Assembly: GCF_006345805.1 (NCBI RefSeq)
Contig: NC_043026.1
Coordinates: 6,386,001 to 6,450,000 of the forward strand
Reading direction: 5' to 3'
Length of the DNA stretch: 64,000 nt
Source of the DNA: Octopus sinensis
Lineage: Eukaryota
The notes under the pieces are model-generated. The model saw nothing but the letters and a program-made list of their open reading frames with translations, made no database searches and had not been told where the DNA came from. Position 1 is the stretch's first letter. Each line of letters starts with the position of its first letter. This document shows positions 1 through 47,309 of the stretch, piece after piece. The position numbers and the translations under genes are program-made.

Positions 1-121
1 CCAGCGAAATCGTCGGGGCTGCCGAACCGGGGAAAGCACGCGCGGACCGTGAGGCCCGTCGGGTCGGACGCTCCTCTATCGATACGTGGGTGTATATGAG
101 GGTGGACAAAAATCTACTCAC

Positions 122-194
122 CATGGGCCGCAACAGAGCAGAAATACCGAGTGCACGGGTTTCGAGCTGCTACTAATCTCCTCTCCGTCGCCAT
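122..194 (-). CDS. Putative first coding exon of a divergently oriented gene that continues off the left edge (MATERRLVAARNPCTRYFCSVAAH+G)
   Basis: Minus-strand ATGG at 194, 24 open codons plus 1 nt, then a consensus donor G|GTGAGT at 121; CpG-rich unique sequence. No homology recognised. Confidence 0.45.
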
Positions 195-208
195 CTATGT
201 GCATCGCT

Positions 209-220
209 GGTCACGTGACC
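209..220. promoter_or_regulatory. Palindromic E-box GGTCACGTGACC (CLEAR/USF/MiT-TFE type)
   Basis: Perfect 12-bp palindrome containing GTCACGTGAC in a CpG-rich region, about 15 nt upstream of the minus-strand ATG. Confidence 0.45.
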
Positions 221-951
221 AAAATATCCACACAAAAAAAACAAATAAAAAAAAGACAAAAACAAAAACAAGAAAAATAAATAAAAAGCCCGGTAGGAAG
301 AATGCTTTTACTGTTTCCACATTATTATCTTTTTTTCTAATTCTCATTATTTTTCCGTAAAATACTCGGTATCCTTCATAAAAAACGTTTAAATACAATT
401 ATTAAATAAAATACACAAAAACCATTTCGTGTTTTTTTTTATTGTTCATCTTCTTAGGTAGGAAGTCTCCTTTCTATCTAATTGTTTTCTTTAAATTGAA
501 AGGAGAAAAAACGCATTGGTGTCGAGATTAATAAAATAACACTACTTCGTCCCTCAATGCGTGTGTATGTGTATCTGTGTGATTATATGTCTGTGTATAT
601 GCGTGTCCGTGGCTATGTTTGGTATATGTGATTATATTTGCGTGTATGTATGCGTGTGTGTAACGGGATTTTATGCTTTAGCGTGTGTATGGCTTTATGT
701 ATACACATGTACACATATATTACTATATATATGCATACATATACCTACACACACACACACACACATATATATGTGTGTGTGTGTGTGTGTGTATGTATAT
801 GCGTGTGTTCAATGCATTAGCCGGTGTCGGTGAAGACCTGTTGATAATTTTCACTAATTATCTTCGAGATTGATCGTAATCACTGCAACCTGATTATTGT
901 ATATGTGTGTGTTTATATATATATATAATATATACACAAATATATATACTG

Positions 952-1045
<94 letters not shown>

Positions 1046-1057
1046 TACATATATATA

Positions 1058-1119
<62 letters not shown>

Positions 1120-1120
1120 T

Positions 1121-1304
1121 CATCATCATCGTCGTTTAACGTCCGTTTTCCATGCTAGCATGGGTTGGATGGTTCGACCGGGGTCTGGGAAGCCAGGAGG
1201 CTGCACCAGGCTCCAGTCTGATCTTGCAGTGTTTCTACAGCTGGATGCCCTTCCTAACGCCAACCACTCCGTGAGTGTAGTGGGTGCTTTTTACGTGCCA
1301 CCTG

Positions 1305-1306
<2 letters not shown>
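1121..1306 (-). mobile_element. SINE-like family C with a (GAT)n tail. Other copies at ~2230-2555(+), 19455-19890, 25210-25440(+), 27394-27841, 29065-29435, 30592-30780, 32614-33010, 60120-60380(+); several carry internal ~60-bp tandem repeats
   Basis: Recurrent catcatcgtttaacgtccg...ccatgctagcatgggttgg...ggatgcccttcctaacgccaaccactcc. Confidence 0.8.
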
Positions 1307-1338
<32 letters not shown>

Positions 1339-1941
1339 AGTAGGTGAATGAATTATCCTATGTTTATCGTCAGCATGGATAATTCGTTTAACCGATACCT
1401 GGGTAGCGAATTCACGTCAGAAAACACGGTTGAAGCGACCTGTCAAGGGTAGAAACTCCGGTTTATATATATATATATAGATAGACTGTATATATATAAG
1501 CATACATCTTTATCTTTTATTTGTTTCACTCATTAGGTTGCAGCCATGCTGGGGCACTGCCGCAAGGAACTTTCAGTCGAACGCATCAACCCCTAGTTCT
1601 TATTTTCTTTTTAAACCTGGTATTTATTCTAGCAGTCTCTTTTCGGCGAAACGCTATGGTTACGGGGACGTAAACACGCCAACACAGGTTGTCAAGCTGC
1701 GGTGGGGGACAAACACCGACACACACACACATGCATACACTAACGTAGCTAGAGGGGGTGGTCCCCTCCAGATGGCACTTTTCATTCTGTTGTAGGTTAC
1801 AAGCCAGAATAGATCATTTCGAAATAGTATGGTGTGTGATAATTCCCAATATTATATATATATAAAAAAAAACTACTGGAAATGCAGGACTTCTGGACCT
1901 GCTGTAGGCAATATGTATTTTTTATGGGGTTCTGGATTGTT

Positions 1942-1979
<38 letters not shown>

Positions 1980-1985
1980 AATATC

Positions 1986-2019
<34 letters not shown>

Positions 2020-2607
2020 ATATATATATGAGACCTATGGAAGTATGCTATGCGTGAGAAGACCCGGCAGGATGAGTGAGACCATAACCCATGGCCTCTA
2101 CCTGGGATGTAGCCAGTCCACTTATGCATACCTTTCCTTCTTGGGACACAAAACTCTACTTGTGAAGACCTGTTGTGGCAAGTGAGAATCAGAATCAAAA
2201 TCGAAATCGATCAAACATCAATGGAAATTGTAGCTGTGATACCAGTGCCGGTGGCACGTAAGAGAACCATCCGAATGTGGCTATTGCCAGCGCCACCCTG
2301 ACGGGCATCCATGCTGGTGGCACGTAAAAAGTACGACCCGATTATGGCCGTTTGCCAGTCCCATCTGGCACCTGTGCTGGTGGCACGTAAAAAGCACCCA
2401 GTACACTCACGGAGTGGTTGGCGTTAGGAAAGGCATCCAGCCGTAGAAACATTGCCAGATCAGACTGGGCCTGGTGCAGCCTTCTGGCCTCTCAGACCCC
2501 AGTTGAACCGTCCAACCCATGCTAGCATGGAAAGCAGACGCTAAATGATGATCATGATATATATATAAATAAATGGAGTTAAACACTGGTGTTATTCAAA
2601 TTCTTTT

Positions 2608-2696
2608 ACTTCCGACACGTGTTTCAAAGATATCACTGGTATTATTCCAAAGGAATAAGATGGTGTGAAACAATGCAATCTTCTCTTCAGGGAAAT
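2608..2696 (-). ncRNA. Type I hammerhead ribozyme motif (Penelope-like element type)
   Basis: Minus strand: AUUUCC-CUGAAGA-GAAGAU..(long loop)..AUCUUU-GAA-ACACGUGU-C|GGAAGU. Full core, palindromic stem III, GUC triplet. Confidence 0.75.
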
Positions 2697-3041
2697 GAAG
2701 AAATGAAACTCAACAATAAGATATTTTAACTGAAAATGATGGATATGTATAGTGATTAAATGAACGCTATTAAGTTTGTTGTAAAAAAAACTTTGGAGGA
2801 TATAACATCAAAAGCAGTCAATAGAAAGAGGGGTAAAGGAAAGAAAAACAAATAAATGAGAAATATATAATGATATGTAAATTAAATAAAACCATATTGA
2901 CTTGGAAAAAGATATATCTAGTGAATGTGAAATTGCCAGATCAGATTGGAGCCTGGTGCTGCCTACTGACTTACTAGTTCTCAGTCAAACCATCCAACCC
3001 TTGCCAGTATGGAAAGCGGACGTTAAACAATGATGATGATA

Positions 3042-4526
3042 TTGAGTTGGCAAGAAAGTAATTTTGGTTTTTCAGTGTGAAATAAAAGGGATTTTTTTTC
3101 AAACAAAGGATGAACTTTAATCAATAATATATTTTCCATTTTGTTCGATGACCTTTAGCCATCTTTCTGACGATTTCATGATTCCACGCTCATAGAACTA
3201 CTGGTCCTTATCAGCCAAAAACTGAAGCAAGTGTGATTTCAGGTCATCATCATTATTGAAAGTTTTGCCATTCAAAGAATTTCGCAAACATCGAAATAAA
3301 TGGTAACCTGATGGTGTAAGATCAGGGTTATATGGTGGATGTGATCATCACTTCCCAACCAAGCTCCAATAATTTTTCATGAGTTAGCAAAGATGTGTGT
3401 GGTATAGCATTGTCATGGTGGAACACGATTCCTTTATGATTTGCCAATTCTGACTGTTTTTCTTTGATTGCTCTCTCCAGTTTCATTGGTCGTTGACAGT
3501 AAACATCTGAATTGATTGTTTCATTCCTTAGAAGCAGCTCAAAATACACAACACCTTTGTAATCTCATCAAATTGACCTTCTTTTTTATGCAATTTAGCT
3601 TTCGATGTGTTCGTTCATTATGCTTGGACCATGATCGTTTTCAACTAGCATTATTGTAGACCAGTGGTTTTCAACCAGGGTTCCGCCAGTACAGTCCAGG
3701 GGTTCCACAAGAAGTTACAAAAATGCTAAAATTGACAGTAATTTTTAAATCTCCTGTGCAGATATGTGTGCATAGGACAATTAAATTATTGCACAGGGGT
3801 TCCTCGAGCCAGTGGAATGTTTCCTTGGGGTTCCGCTCCAGCAAAAAGTTTGAAAAGCACTGTTGTAGACAATCCATTTTTCATTACCAGTGATGATTCA
3901 TTTCAAAAGAAGATCAATTTCAGTGTGATTGAGATGCATATCGCAAACATTGATTCGCTGTGTTAAGTGAATGTCTTTCAGTTTATGCAGAACCCAAATA
4001 TCAAGCTTCTTAATGAGTCCAAGACATTTTGAGTGATCTTCAATTGTTGTGTGTGATACATTTAATCTCTCTGCAATCTCTCGCACAGTTATATGACAAT
4101 TAAATTCAATTATGGCTTTGATACTGTCATCAACTTCAGTAGGTCAACCAGAATGTTGGTCAGCTTTGAGTGAAAAATCTCCAGAACAGAAATTTTAAAA
4201 ATCATTTCTGACATGTGTGTTCTGTTAAGCAATCAACACCATAAACTTCACATATCTCTTTGTGAGCCTCACCAGCTTTCTTGCCTTTACGGAAAAACAA
4301 CAAGAAAACAACAAAATATGGCAAAAATGTTCATTTTTGCACTACATGTTAAAATTGACACTGAACTAACAGCTGTAAACAAAATTACTTGCAATTAGCT
4401 TCTAAAGTAAGCTAGAGGTAATGGCTATCAAATATCAAAAGGAAAAAAATGATAACATTGACAAAAGTCATTAAAAAAATTGTAATTCTATTTGCGAAAA
4501 ACGAAATTATTTTCTTGCCAACCTAG
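3042..4526 (-). mobile_element. Decayed Tc1/mariner transposon (mariner-type transposase pseudogene)
   Basis: TIRs ttgagttggcaagaaagtaatttt / aaattattttcttgccaacctag, TA on the left flank; translated remnants IWVLHKL (WVPHEL motif), GIVFHHDNAIPHT, and a YSPDL-like motif. Confidence 0.9.
3662..3862. mobile_element. hAT-type MITE nested in the mariner
   Basis: CAGTGGTTTTCAA...TTGAAAAGCACTG termini; exact 8-bp TSD TTGTAGAC at 3654-3661 and 3863-3870. Confidence 0.9.
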
Positions 4527-4687
4527 TGTATATATATATATATATATATATATAAGCTCAGCAAACAATTTTGATTCAAATAAATATGGTACTTAAATTA
4601 GATGCACCAGAATTTTGCATGGTATTACCCATAAAAATATGTGGGGTGATTAAATAAAAAATAAGCAACAAGAATGAATCCGGTAAT

Positions 4688-4774
4688 TTAGTACAATTGT
4701 TTCATACTAACAACATTTTATTAAAAGCTGCAAATATTACAGCAGATATAATATGTCGAGTAATCTTCAGCTAA
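4688..4774 (-). ncRNA. Type I hammerhead ribozyme motif with extended stem II
   Basis: Minus strand: UUAG-CUGAAGA-U-UACU-CGACAU...AUGUUG-UU-AGUA-U-GAA-ACAAUUGU-A|CUAA. Confidence 0.65.
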
Positions 4775-4972
4775 TTTTATATAGGTTTTCCAATAATATA
4801 AATTTCTCAAATCAATTAGTAACATCTTAGGGAAGGTAAATATACAGATAAAGATGTAGATATGAATCTCAGGAACATGAGGTAGATCAAAACTAAGTTC
4901 ACAACTAGCTGTTTTAGGAAAATTTCCTTCTTTTCTTCAACTAACTTGATTTTTTACCCCCTTTCTTATAAT

Positions 4973-5027
<55 letters not shown>

Positions 5028-5028
<1 letters not shown>

Positions 5029-5228
5029 CTCTTTTACTTGTTTCAGTCATTTGACTGCAGCCATGCTGGAGCACCGCCTTTAGTCGAGCAAATCGACCCC
5101 AGGACTTATTCTTTGTAAGCCCAGTACTTATTCTATCGATCTCTTTTTGCCGAACCGCTAAGTGACGGGGACGTAAACACACCAGCATTGGTTGTCAAGC
5201 AATGCTAGGGGGACAAACACAGACACAC

Positions 5229-5290
<62 letters not shown>

Positions 5291-5444
5291 GACAGGCTTC
5301 TTTCAGTTTCCGTCTACCAAATCCACTCACAAGGCATTGGTCGGCCCGGGGCTATAGCAGAAGACACTTGCCCAAGATGCCACGCAGTGGGATTGAACCC
5401 AGAACCATGAGGCTGGTTAGCAAGCTACTTACCACACAGCCACT
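5028..5444 (-). mobile_element. tRNA-derived SINE family A (~400 bp, internal (TA/TG)n). Other copies at ~7848-8015(+), 11692-12062(+), 14509-14904(-), 18384-18785(+), 26765-27157(-), 28432-28832(-), 30964-31365(+), 40812-41210(+), 41219-41610(+), 52825-53140(-), 55265-55601(+), 58925-59320(-)
   Basis: A box TGGCTGTGTGG, B box GGTTCAGTCC, conserved body and (GTAAAAGA)n tail in more than 12 near-identical copies. Confidence 0.9.
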
Positions 5445-5752
5445 ACGTATATATATATATAATATAATATATAATATATAATATAATATATATATAATAT
5501 ATATATAATATATAAGATATATATATAATTATATATATAATATATAATATATATATATAATATATAATTTATATATATAATATAATATATATATATAATA
5601 TATAACGGAATGTGTGTGTGTACATGTGCATTTACATAACAAGGTACACATACATACCTGTATATATATAATATATATTTATATATATACGTATATATAT
5701 ATATATATATATAATATTAATTAATTTCACCCTATATTATTACTGATATTAT

Positions 5753-5787
<35 letters not shown>

Positions 5788-5811
5788 GCCTTTTATAATA
5801 AGAGATATATA

Positions 5812-5851
<40 letters not shown>

Positions 5852-5872
5852 TTTTATAATAAGAGATATATA

Positions 5873-5907
<35 letters not shown>

Positions 5908-6164
5908 GCTTAAATCCGTATATTTATGTTTATTTACATTGTTTATATATATACAAACACTCATGTTTACAATATTCATTCGCATACATAGTAACACACA
6001 CACACGTATATATATTTATATATACACTATACACCCATACATTTGAACCAATGAAATATATAAACACTGTCACGCTTACACACGTTGTGATATTTTTTTA
6101 CACTTTCATTTTTAATGTTTTGCGTGTTTTTTTTTCTGTTTACTTTTTTAAGAGTTGGGTATAG

Positions 6165-6790
6165 GGTAGAGGTAAGTGGCTATTAGCTAGAACGCAGCTC
6201 ATTGATGAAAAAAGGGGGGGGAGTAGGACGAGGGTAACTGGCTATTAGCTAGAACGGAGCTCGTTAATGAAGGAAGTGGGGCAGGGCAGAGGTTAGTGGC
6301 TATTAGCTAGGATAGAGCTCATTAATTAATTAAGAGTAGGGAAGGGAAGAGGTAAGAGGCTGTTATCTAGAGCTCATTGATGAAGGAAGGGTAGGGAAGG
6401 GTGGAAGTAACTGGCTATTATCTAGAACAGAGTTCATTGATTAAGGAAGGGTAAGGAACGGTTGAGGTAACTGGCTATTTGATAGAACAGAGCTCATTGA
6501 TTAAGGAGAGACAAGTAAAGCAGAGGTAACTGGTTATCCGCTAGAACAGAGCTCATTGATTAAGGAGAGACAAGTAAAGCAGAGGTAACTGGCTATCTGC
6601 TAGAACAGAGCTTATTGATGAAGGAAGGAGAAGGAAGATCAGCGGTAACTGGCTATTAGTTAGAACAGAGCTCGTTGACGAAGGATGGGGAAGGGAGGCT
6701 AGAAGTAACTGGCTATTTACTAGAACGGAGCTCATTGATTTAGGGAAGAGAGATGTAACTGGCTATTATGCAGAACAGAACTCATTGAGG
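6165..6790. repeat. Minisatellite, ~58-60 bp unit, ~11 copies, upstream of the CPT1 start codon
   Basis: Repeated ggtaactggctattagctagaacagagctcattgat. Confidence 0.9.
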
Positions 6791-7238
6791 TAAAGATGTT
6801 GCAGCCGACACATCACATGGTTTGTTGGGGAGAGAGAGAGAGAAAGAAAGAAAGTCCAGGAGTCAGACGATAACTTATCTCGGAGTCTAATGTTAGTCGT
6901 TCTGTCATTGTTTTGTTTCTAATCGTAAACAAGGAAATAAAGGACGAAAGAGATTAAAAAATATATTTATTTACATGGATGTTCTGACGACCAGTTCTCG
7001 TGCTTCGTGTTTTTCCGGAGAAGAAGTAAAACGAAAAAGAAAAACAAAAAAAAACAGATATTGATCTATTGATTTGATATTTTTTTATTCTTTTTTATAT
7101 TTTGGATTTTATATAGTATATTTTTTAAAACCGTCACGATGCCAAATAAATGATTATTTCGATAATTAAAAAAAAAAGAAGGGATAATAATTGAGCGATT
7201 AACGGAGTAACCCCTAAAAACCTAAACGGGTCTTGAGG

Positions 7239-41885
<34,647 letters not shown>

Positions 41886-42041
41886 CCCTGGAGGAGGAGG
41901 AGGAAGAAGAGGAGGAGCATTTGGTTGTGTTGGTGTTGGTGTTGACCATAGATTCTTAATGGTGTGCTGGCTTGGTGGCCGTGTGGTGGTGGAGGTCACC
42001 TACATTGGTCAGCCACTCACGTTTACCCATAAACCAACATA

Positions 42042-42650
42042 CGAGAGGTGCATTCCAGAAGTTTGAGACTTTTTCCAGAGAGACATCCATTAATTTCTTA
42101 CAAATACAAATTTCTAATCTCCTTTGTGACGGCTTCATAGAAGCCCTCCAAAGTGAAAGTGAAAGTATTCTTTTTCATCTTCTTCATCTCTTCAAAATGC
42201 CTGGAACAACCAAAAGTTATACGGAACAAAGTCTGGACTGTAGGAGGAGTGAAGGACGGTTTTTTTCTCTGTCAAGGAGTTGGTTACCAAACTGGTCAGC
42301 TGTGACAGGGAGCGCTTAGGGCTGATACAGCTGTCCCCTTCAATTTAGATGAACAAAAGGTTGGCAGGTCAGCTTATTAATAATGATAACAATAAAAGGA
42401 CAATATTGTAGGACAGATAGAACTAAAAATAGTCTCAAAACTTCTGGAATGCATCGCGTAGTCAGCAGTGTTGAGTAAGGTATGTTCAAAGGGCCAATAC
42501 AGTTGTCTCCTTTGGTCTGGAAAAACAAAAGGTTGGCAAGTCAACTTATTAGAGGACATACTAAATTTGCAATAACTAAAATTACAATAACTTAGGACAG
42601 TCAGAACAGCTTCTAAAAGGAGAGTCTCAAAACTTCTGGAATGCACCTCG
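42042..42650 (-). mobile_element. Internally deleted mariner-like element in the presumed CPT1 3' UTR
   Basis: TA|CGAGAGGTGCATTCCAGAAGTTTGAGAC...GTCTCAAAACTTCTGGAATGCACCTCG|TA; minus-strand YSPDFVPYNFWLF remnant; internal duplication. Confidence 0.8.
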
Positions 42651-43047
42651 TATGTTCCCTAACAGGGACAGAACAGAAAAATCCTTCGTTCCGCTACTAC
42701 CGACATCAACACCATACACCATGCTGTCTTATCACTCTATCTCTCCAACACCACCACCCACCACCACCACCACTACTACTATGCTGCCACTCGGCTCTCT
42801 GCGACTGAGTGCTCATCGAATGTCACCTCCACTTGCACTCACACTCGACTTGAGTCTACTCTTTCTAGTCCTACATGTTATACACACCCACCGCAACCGC
42901 CCCCCACCGTTAACCCTAACACCTCCCTCTAAACTAGCCACAGCTTAGGGTTTCGCAACTTGAAGAGGCCTTGAAATAATTAAAATCTGTATATACATCT
43001 ATGTATGTATGTATGTATGTATGTATATATTATATATATATATATAT

Positions 43048-43105
<58 letters not shown>

Positions 43106-43726
43106 CATACATACATACATACATACATACATAGACATATACACACACACGTATATATATATGTGTGTATATATATATACACACGCACATACATGCACAA
43201 ACATATAAATATATATATATATATACATATGCATACGTACATATGTGTGTGTGTGTATGTATATATATATATATGTATGTCTGTGTATGTACATGTATAT
43301 ATATATATATAAACATATATATATATATATAAACATATATATATGTGTATGTATATAGATATGTATATACATATATACACACACACATAGAATAAGTATT
43401 GTTTTGGAACAAACATACCAGAGAAACCACAACTTCCTAACACATTTACCCTATGTACAACCGTATCAGTAAATAAACACACACACACACACACAAACAT
43501 GGTTAGTACAAATTATTCTGTAAGGAGCCTAGGGCTGGTTTCCCGTTTTTTCCAGTGTGTGTATGCTTCCCCTGGACAAGACACTAGTCTATTGCAGGGT
43601 CACTCATTTTTGCCAGCTGAGTGGACTGGAGCAACATGAAATGAATGTATGTATTCATTTCATGCTGGTATATGTATATCTGTATGTATATATATGTATG
43701 TATGTATATGTATGTATGTATGTATG

Positions 43727-43758
<32 letters not shown>

Positions 43759-43775
43759 ATAATATATATATATAT

Positions 43776-44119
43776 AAACAATTGCAGCGTGGAAGTGTTT
43801 ATAAGCCATTTAAGAAACACACAAAATCCGTTCAATTCACTTCAACATTTAAATTTAATTTGCCAAAATATTTTCATCGCTTTGAGACCGCGACCTGTTC
43901 ACTGACAAAAATCCGTGCAGCACAGACTTTTGTCAGTGAACAGGTCGCGGTCTCAAAGCGATGAAAATATTTTGGCAAATTAAATTTAAATGTTGAAGTG
44001 AATTGAACGGATTTTGTGTGTTTCTTAAATGGCTTATAAACACCTTCCACGCTGCAATTGTTTTCGTTCCAGCACACGATCTCAGATCAAATCACTTGCT
44101 ATGCAAGTACATCTCCGTA
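43776..44119. mobile_element. Near-perfect ~135-bp inverted repeat in (TA)n with a G3-C8 hammerhead variant in each arm (43859-43909 -, 43929-43979 +)
   Basis: UUUGUCA-GUGAACA-G-GUCGC..GCGAU-GAA-AAUAUU-U|UGGCAAA. Confidence 0.75.
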
Positions 44120-45151
44120 ATATATATATATATATATATATATAACGGGAAGCTTTATGAAAATAGACAAAAGATATGTATATATAAATATATTTGTATA
44201 TATGTATGTATGTATGTATTTCTTATACCTTTTAAAATATGGTTATTCAAAAAAAAAAATAATTACTTGATTATGTGTCTTGGAGGTCTTTCCACCAAAA
44301 GAAATTCTAGCATAACCACCACCACCACCATCATCACCACCACCACCACCATCATCACCACCATCACCACCACCATCACCACTTGATATTATTCTCACTA
44401 CCTCTGTGGCCCATCATACCCGACACCCTTATATTCCATCCACTGACACAACAATCCTTCCTGCACTCTTATTTCACCACACCCCAACCCGCCAGTTTCT
44501 CTGACATTTCGCCATATCTGGAATGCTTTTTAGCGCTGGAAATGAAGGGGAAAGAAAGAGGAGAACGGTGGTTGTTTTTTTGTTTTTTTTACTATACCAC
44601 ATTTGGTGTTTTTATGAATGGGTTGGTGATGGTGGGGGGGATGTGTGGTATGGGGAGAGGGTGGGTGGGTAGGGATGGGCATGGTTTATCATTTATAGTA
44701 AATTTCAGTTGTGAAAAATAGAAGGGGGTTGGCATATGTGGAAGATCATTGATGTATGTGTTTGTGTGTGTGTGTGTTTATATAAGTACATACATATATG
44801 TATATATATATACGTACACACACACATACACAAACACCAACACATATAAACATATATATATATAAATATATATATATCCTTACACACACACACACATATA
44901 TATATATATGTATATATATATATATCAACATGCGCACATGTATACGCAAATATATATATACAGATGTATGTACATGTATATAAGTATACGTGTATATACA
45001 TACGCACACACACAATATATACACAATATATACATATATATATATACACACACACACACATATATATATATACGTATGTATATATAAATACACGTGTGTA
45101 TATATATATATATATATATAATATATATATATATATATTATATATATATAT

Positions 45152-45210
<59 letters not shown>

Positions 45211-45233
45211 GTGTATATATATACACACACACG

Positions 45234-45291
<58 letters not shown>

Positions 45292-45568
45292 ATATATATA
45301 TAATATATATATATATGTATATATTGTGTGTGTGTGTATGTATATACACGTATACTTATATACATGTACATACATCTGTATATATATATTTGTGTATACA
45401 TGTGCGCATGTAGATATATATATACACACACACACACACATCCCCTACTTTTAGGGGAATGTGATTTACCATAAAATGTATATAAAATATATTCTTGCCT
45501 TTTTTTCCACCAATCCAGTTACCAAACGTTATAAAAAATTACATTAAAATTCTTGTTGCACTATTATG

Positions 45569-45604
<36 letters not shown>

Positions 45605-45874
45605 GTTGTTGTTATTAAGGCATGGAGCCGACAGAATCATTAGAATGCCGGCCAAAATGCTTAGCAGTATTTCATCTGTCTTTACGTACAGAATTCAAAT
45701 TTCACCGAGGTTGACTTTGCCTTTCATCTTTTTTGGGGGTCAATGAATTAAATACCAGTTGAGCACTGGGGTCGATGTTATTGACCTTACCCCCTCCCCC
45801 AAAATTGCTGGCTTTGTGACAAAACTCGAAACCCTTATTATTACCATTATCATTATTATTATTATTATTATTAT

Positions 45875-46420
45875 TGAGTGAGAGAGCAGTGCATTCCATC
45901 AAAGTGACACTGGGGTACAAATATACAAAGCCCAGTATACCCATCATGACTACCCGTCTGATAAGGGTACACCAGGCACATGCATCACAACCATATGTGC
46001 GCGACATGGTGATCTCATATCAAGATAAACAGCACATGACCTTGCAGGTGGGGCCCTGTTAGAATTTTCTTCAGGTTGAGTACCCCATCCCGCTCAAAAG
46101 GTCCCTGAATAAGGGTTGTTTAAGGATGTTGAAAGAACCACCCATGTTTCCAGAGGTGAATTATCCAAACCCCAAAGAATCCCTCTCAACACATGGCTAT
46201 GATGCTCCCCCACTACTTCTGCTCGTGATCAGAGATGCACATATCGTCAGCCACCAAGGGACATAATCAACTGGTTAAGGTCAAACAACTGACAAGCAAA
46301 TCTGTGGTATTGAGCAGAATATTTGCTGTAGCCCATCTTTTATACCAAGACAGAACAATGTACATGATAACACTTCTAATCATTTAAGATCAGAAGCCAT
46401 GAGAGCCACTACCTGGTATT
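45875..46420. mobile_element. Interspersed repeat with a flanking (TTA)n tract, probably a LINE 3' region; second copy at 54400-54910 is split by an RTE
   Basis: Two similar copies in the window. Confidence 0.65.
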
Positions 46421-46720
46421 GCATTATTGTTATTATCATTACTATTATTAAGGCGGCGAGCTGGCAGAAGCGTTAGCACGCTGGGCGAAATGCTTAGCGG
46501 TATTTCGCCTGCTGCTACGTTCTGAGTTCAAATTCCACCGAGGTTGACTTTGCCTTTCATCCTTTTGGGGGTCGATTAAATAAATACCAGTTATATATTG
46601 GAGTCAATGTAATCGACTTAACCCCTTTGTTTGTCCTTGTTTGTCCCCTCTATTTTTAGCCCCCTGTGGGCAATAAAGAAATTATTATCATTATTATTAT
46701 TACTATTATTATTATTATTA

Positions 46721-46758
<38 letters not shown>

Positions 46759-46777
46759 GTTATTATTATTATTATTA

Positions 46778-46808
<31 letters not shown>

Positions 46809-46822
46809 CATTATTATTATTA

Positions 46823-46867
<45 letters not shown>

Positions 46868-47309
46868 TATTGTTATTATTATTATTGTTATTATTATTAT
46901 TCTATGTTTGACTTTTGCTTTGTATTTGTACAAGTTGACTCCAAGTCTCACCCAGAGACCTCAAGAGGCAACTATTATTATTGTTATTATTATTATCCTC
47001 ATTATTATTATCATCATCATCATCATTATCAACATATCAATAACGTTTTTTTATATATCCCCTTATACTAAAAGTGACTGTCTTTTACACCTTTTTTTTA
47101 ACTTGTGGGGCTTAATGAAATTCAACCCCAACAAAGTTCAGGGTTGTGGGTGGGGGTGGGTGGGACCACTCATTTTTTTAAATATACCTTACCAAAAATT
47201 CATATTTCAAATCCCACCAAAGTCAATTTTGCTCTTCAACCTTTTGGGGTCGATAATATAATGTACCTGTCAGATTCGTTATGGGGCGGGGGCAACCTAT
47301 TTCAATATA

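Noticed and set aside
561-1339. YI/CV-repeat ORFs (also at 5786-6164, 8098-9138, 42980-45454, 56312-57129)
   Set aside because: Translations of (TA)n/(CA)n microsatellites with no coding signal
1340-1465. TA-bounded island with a hairpin and a possible hammerhead remnant (ttgaagc...agaaactccgg)
   Set aside because: Core and cleavage site cannot be assigned convincingly
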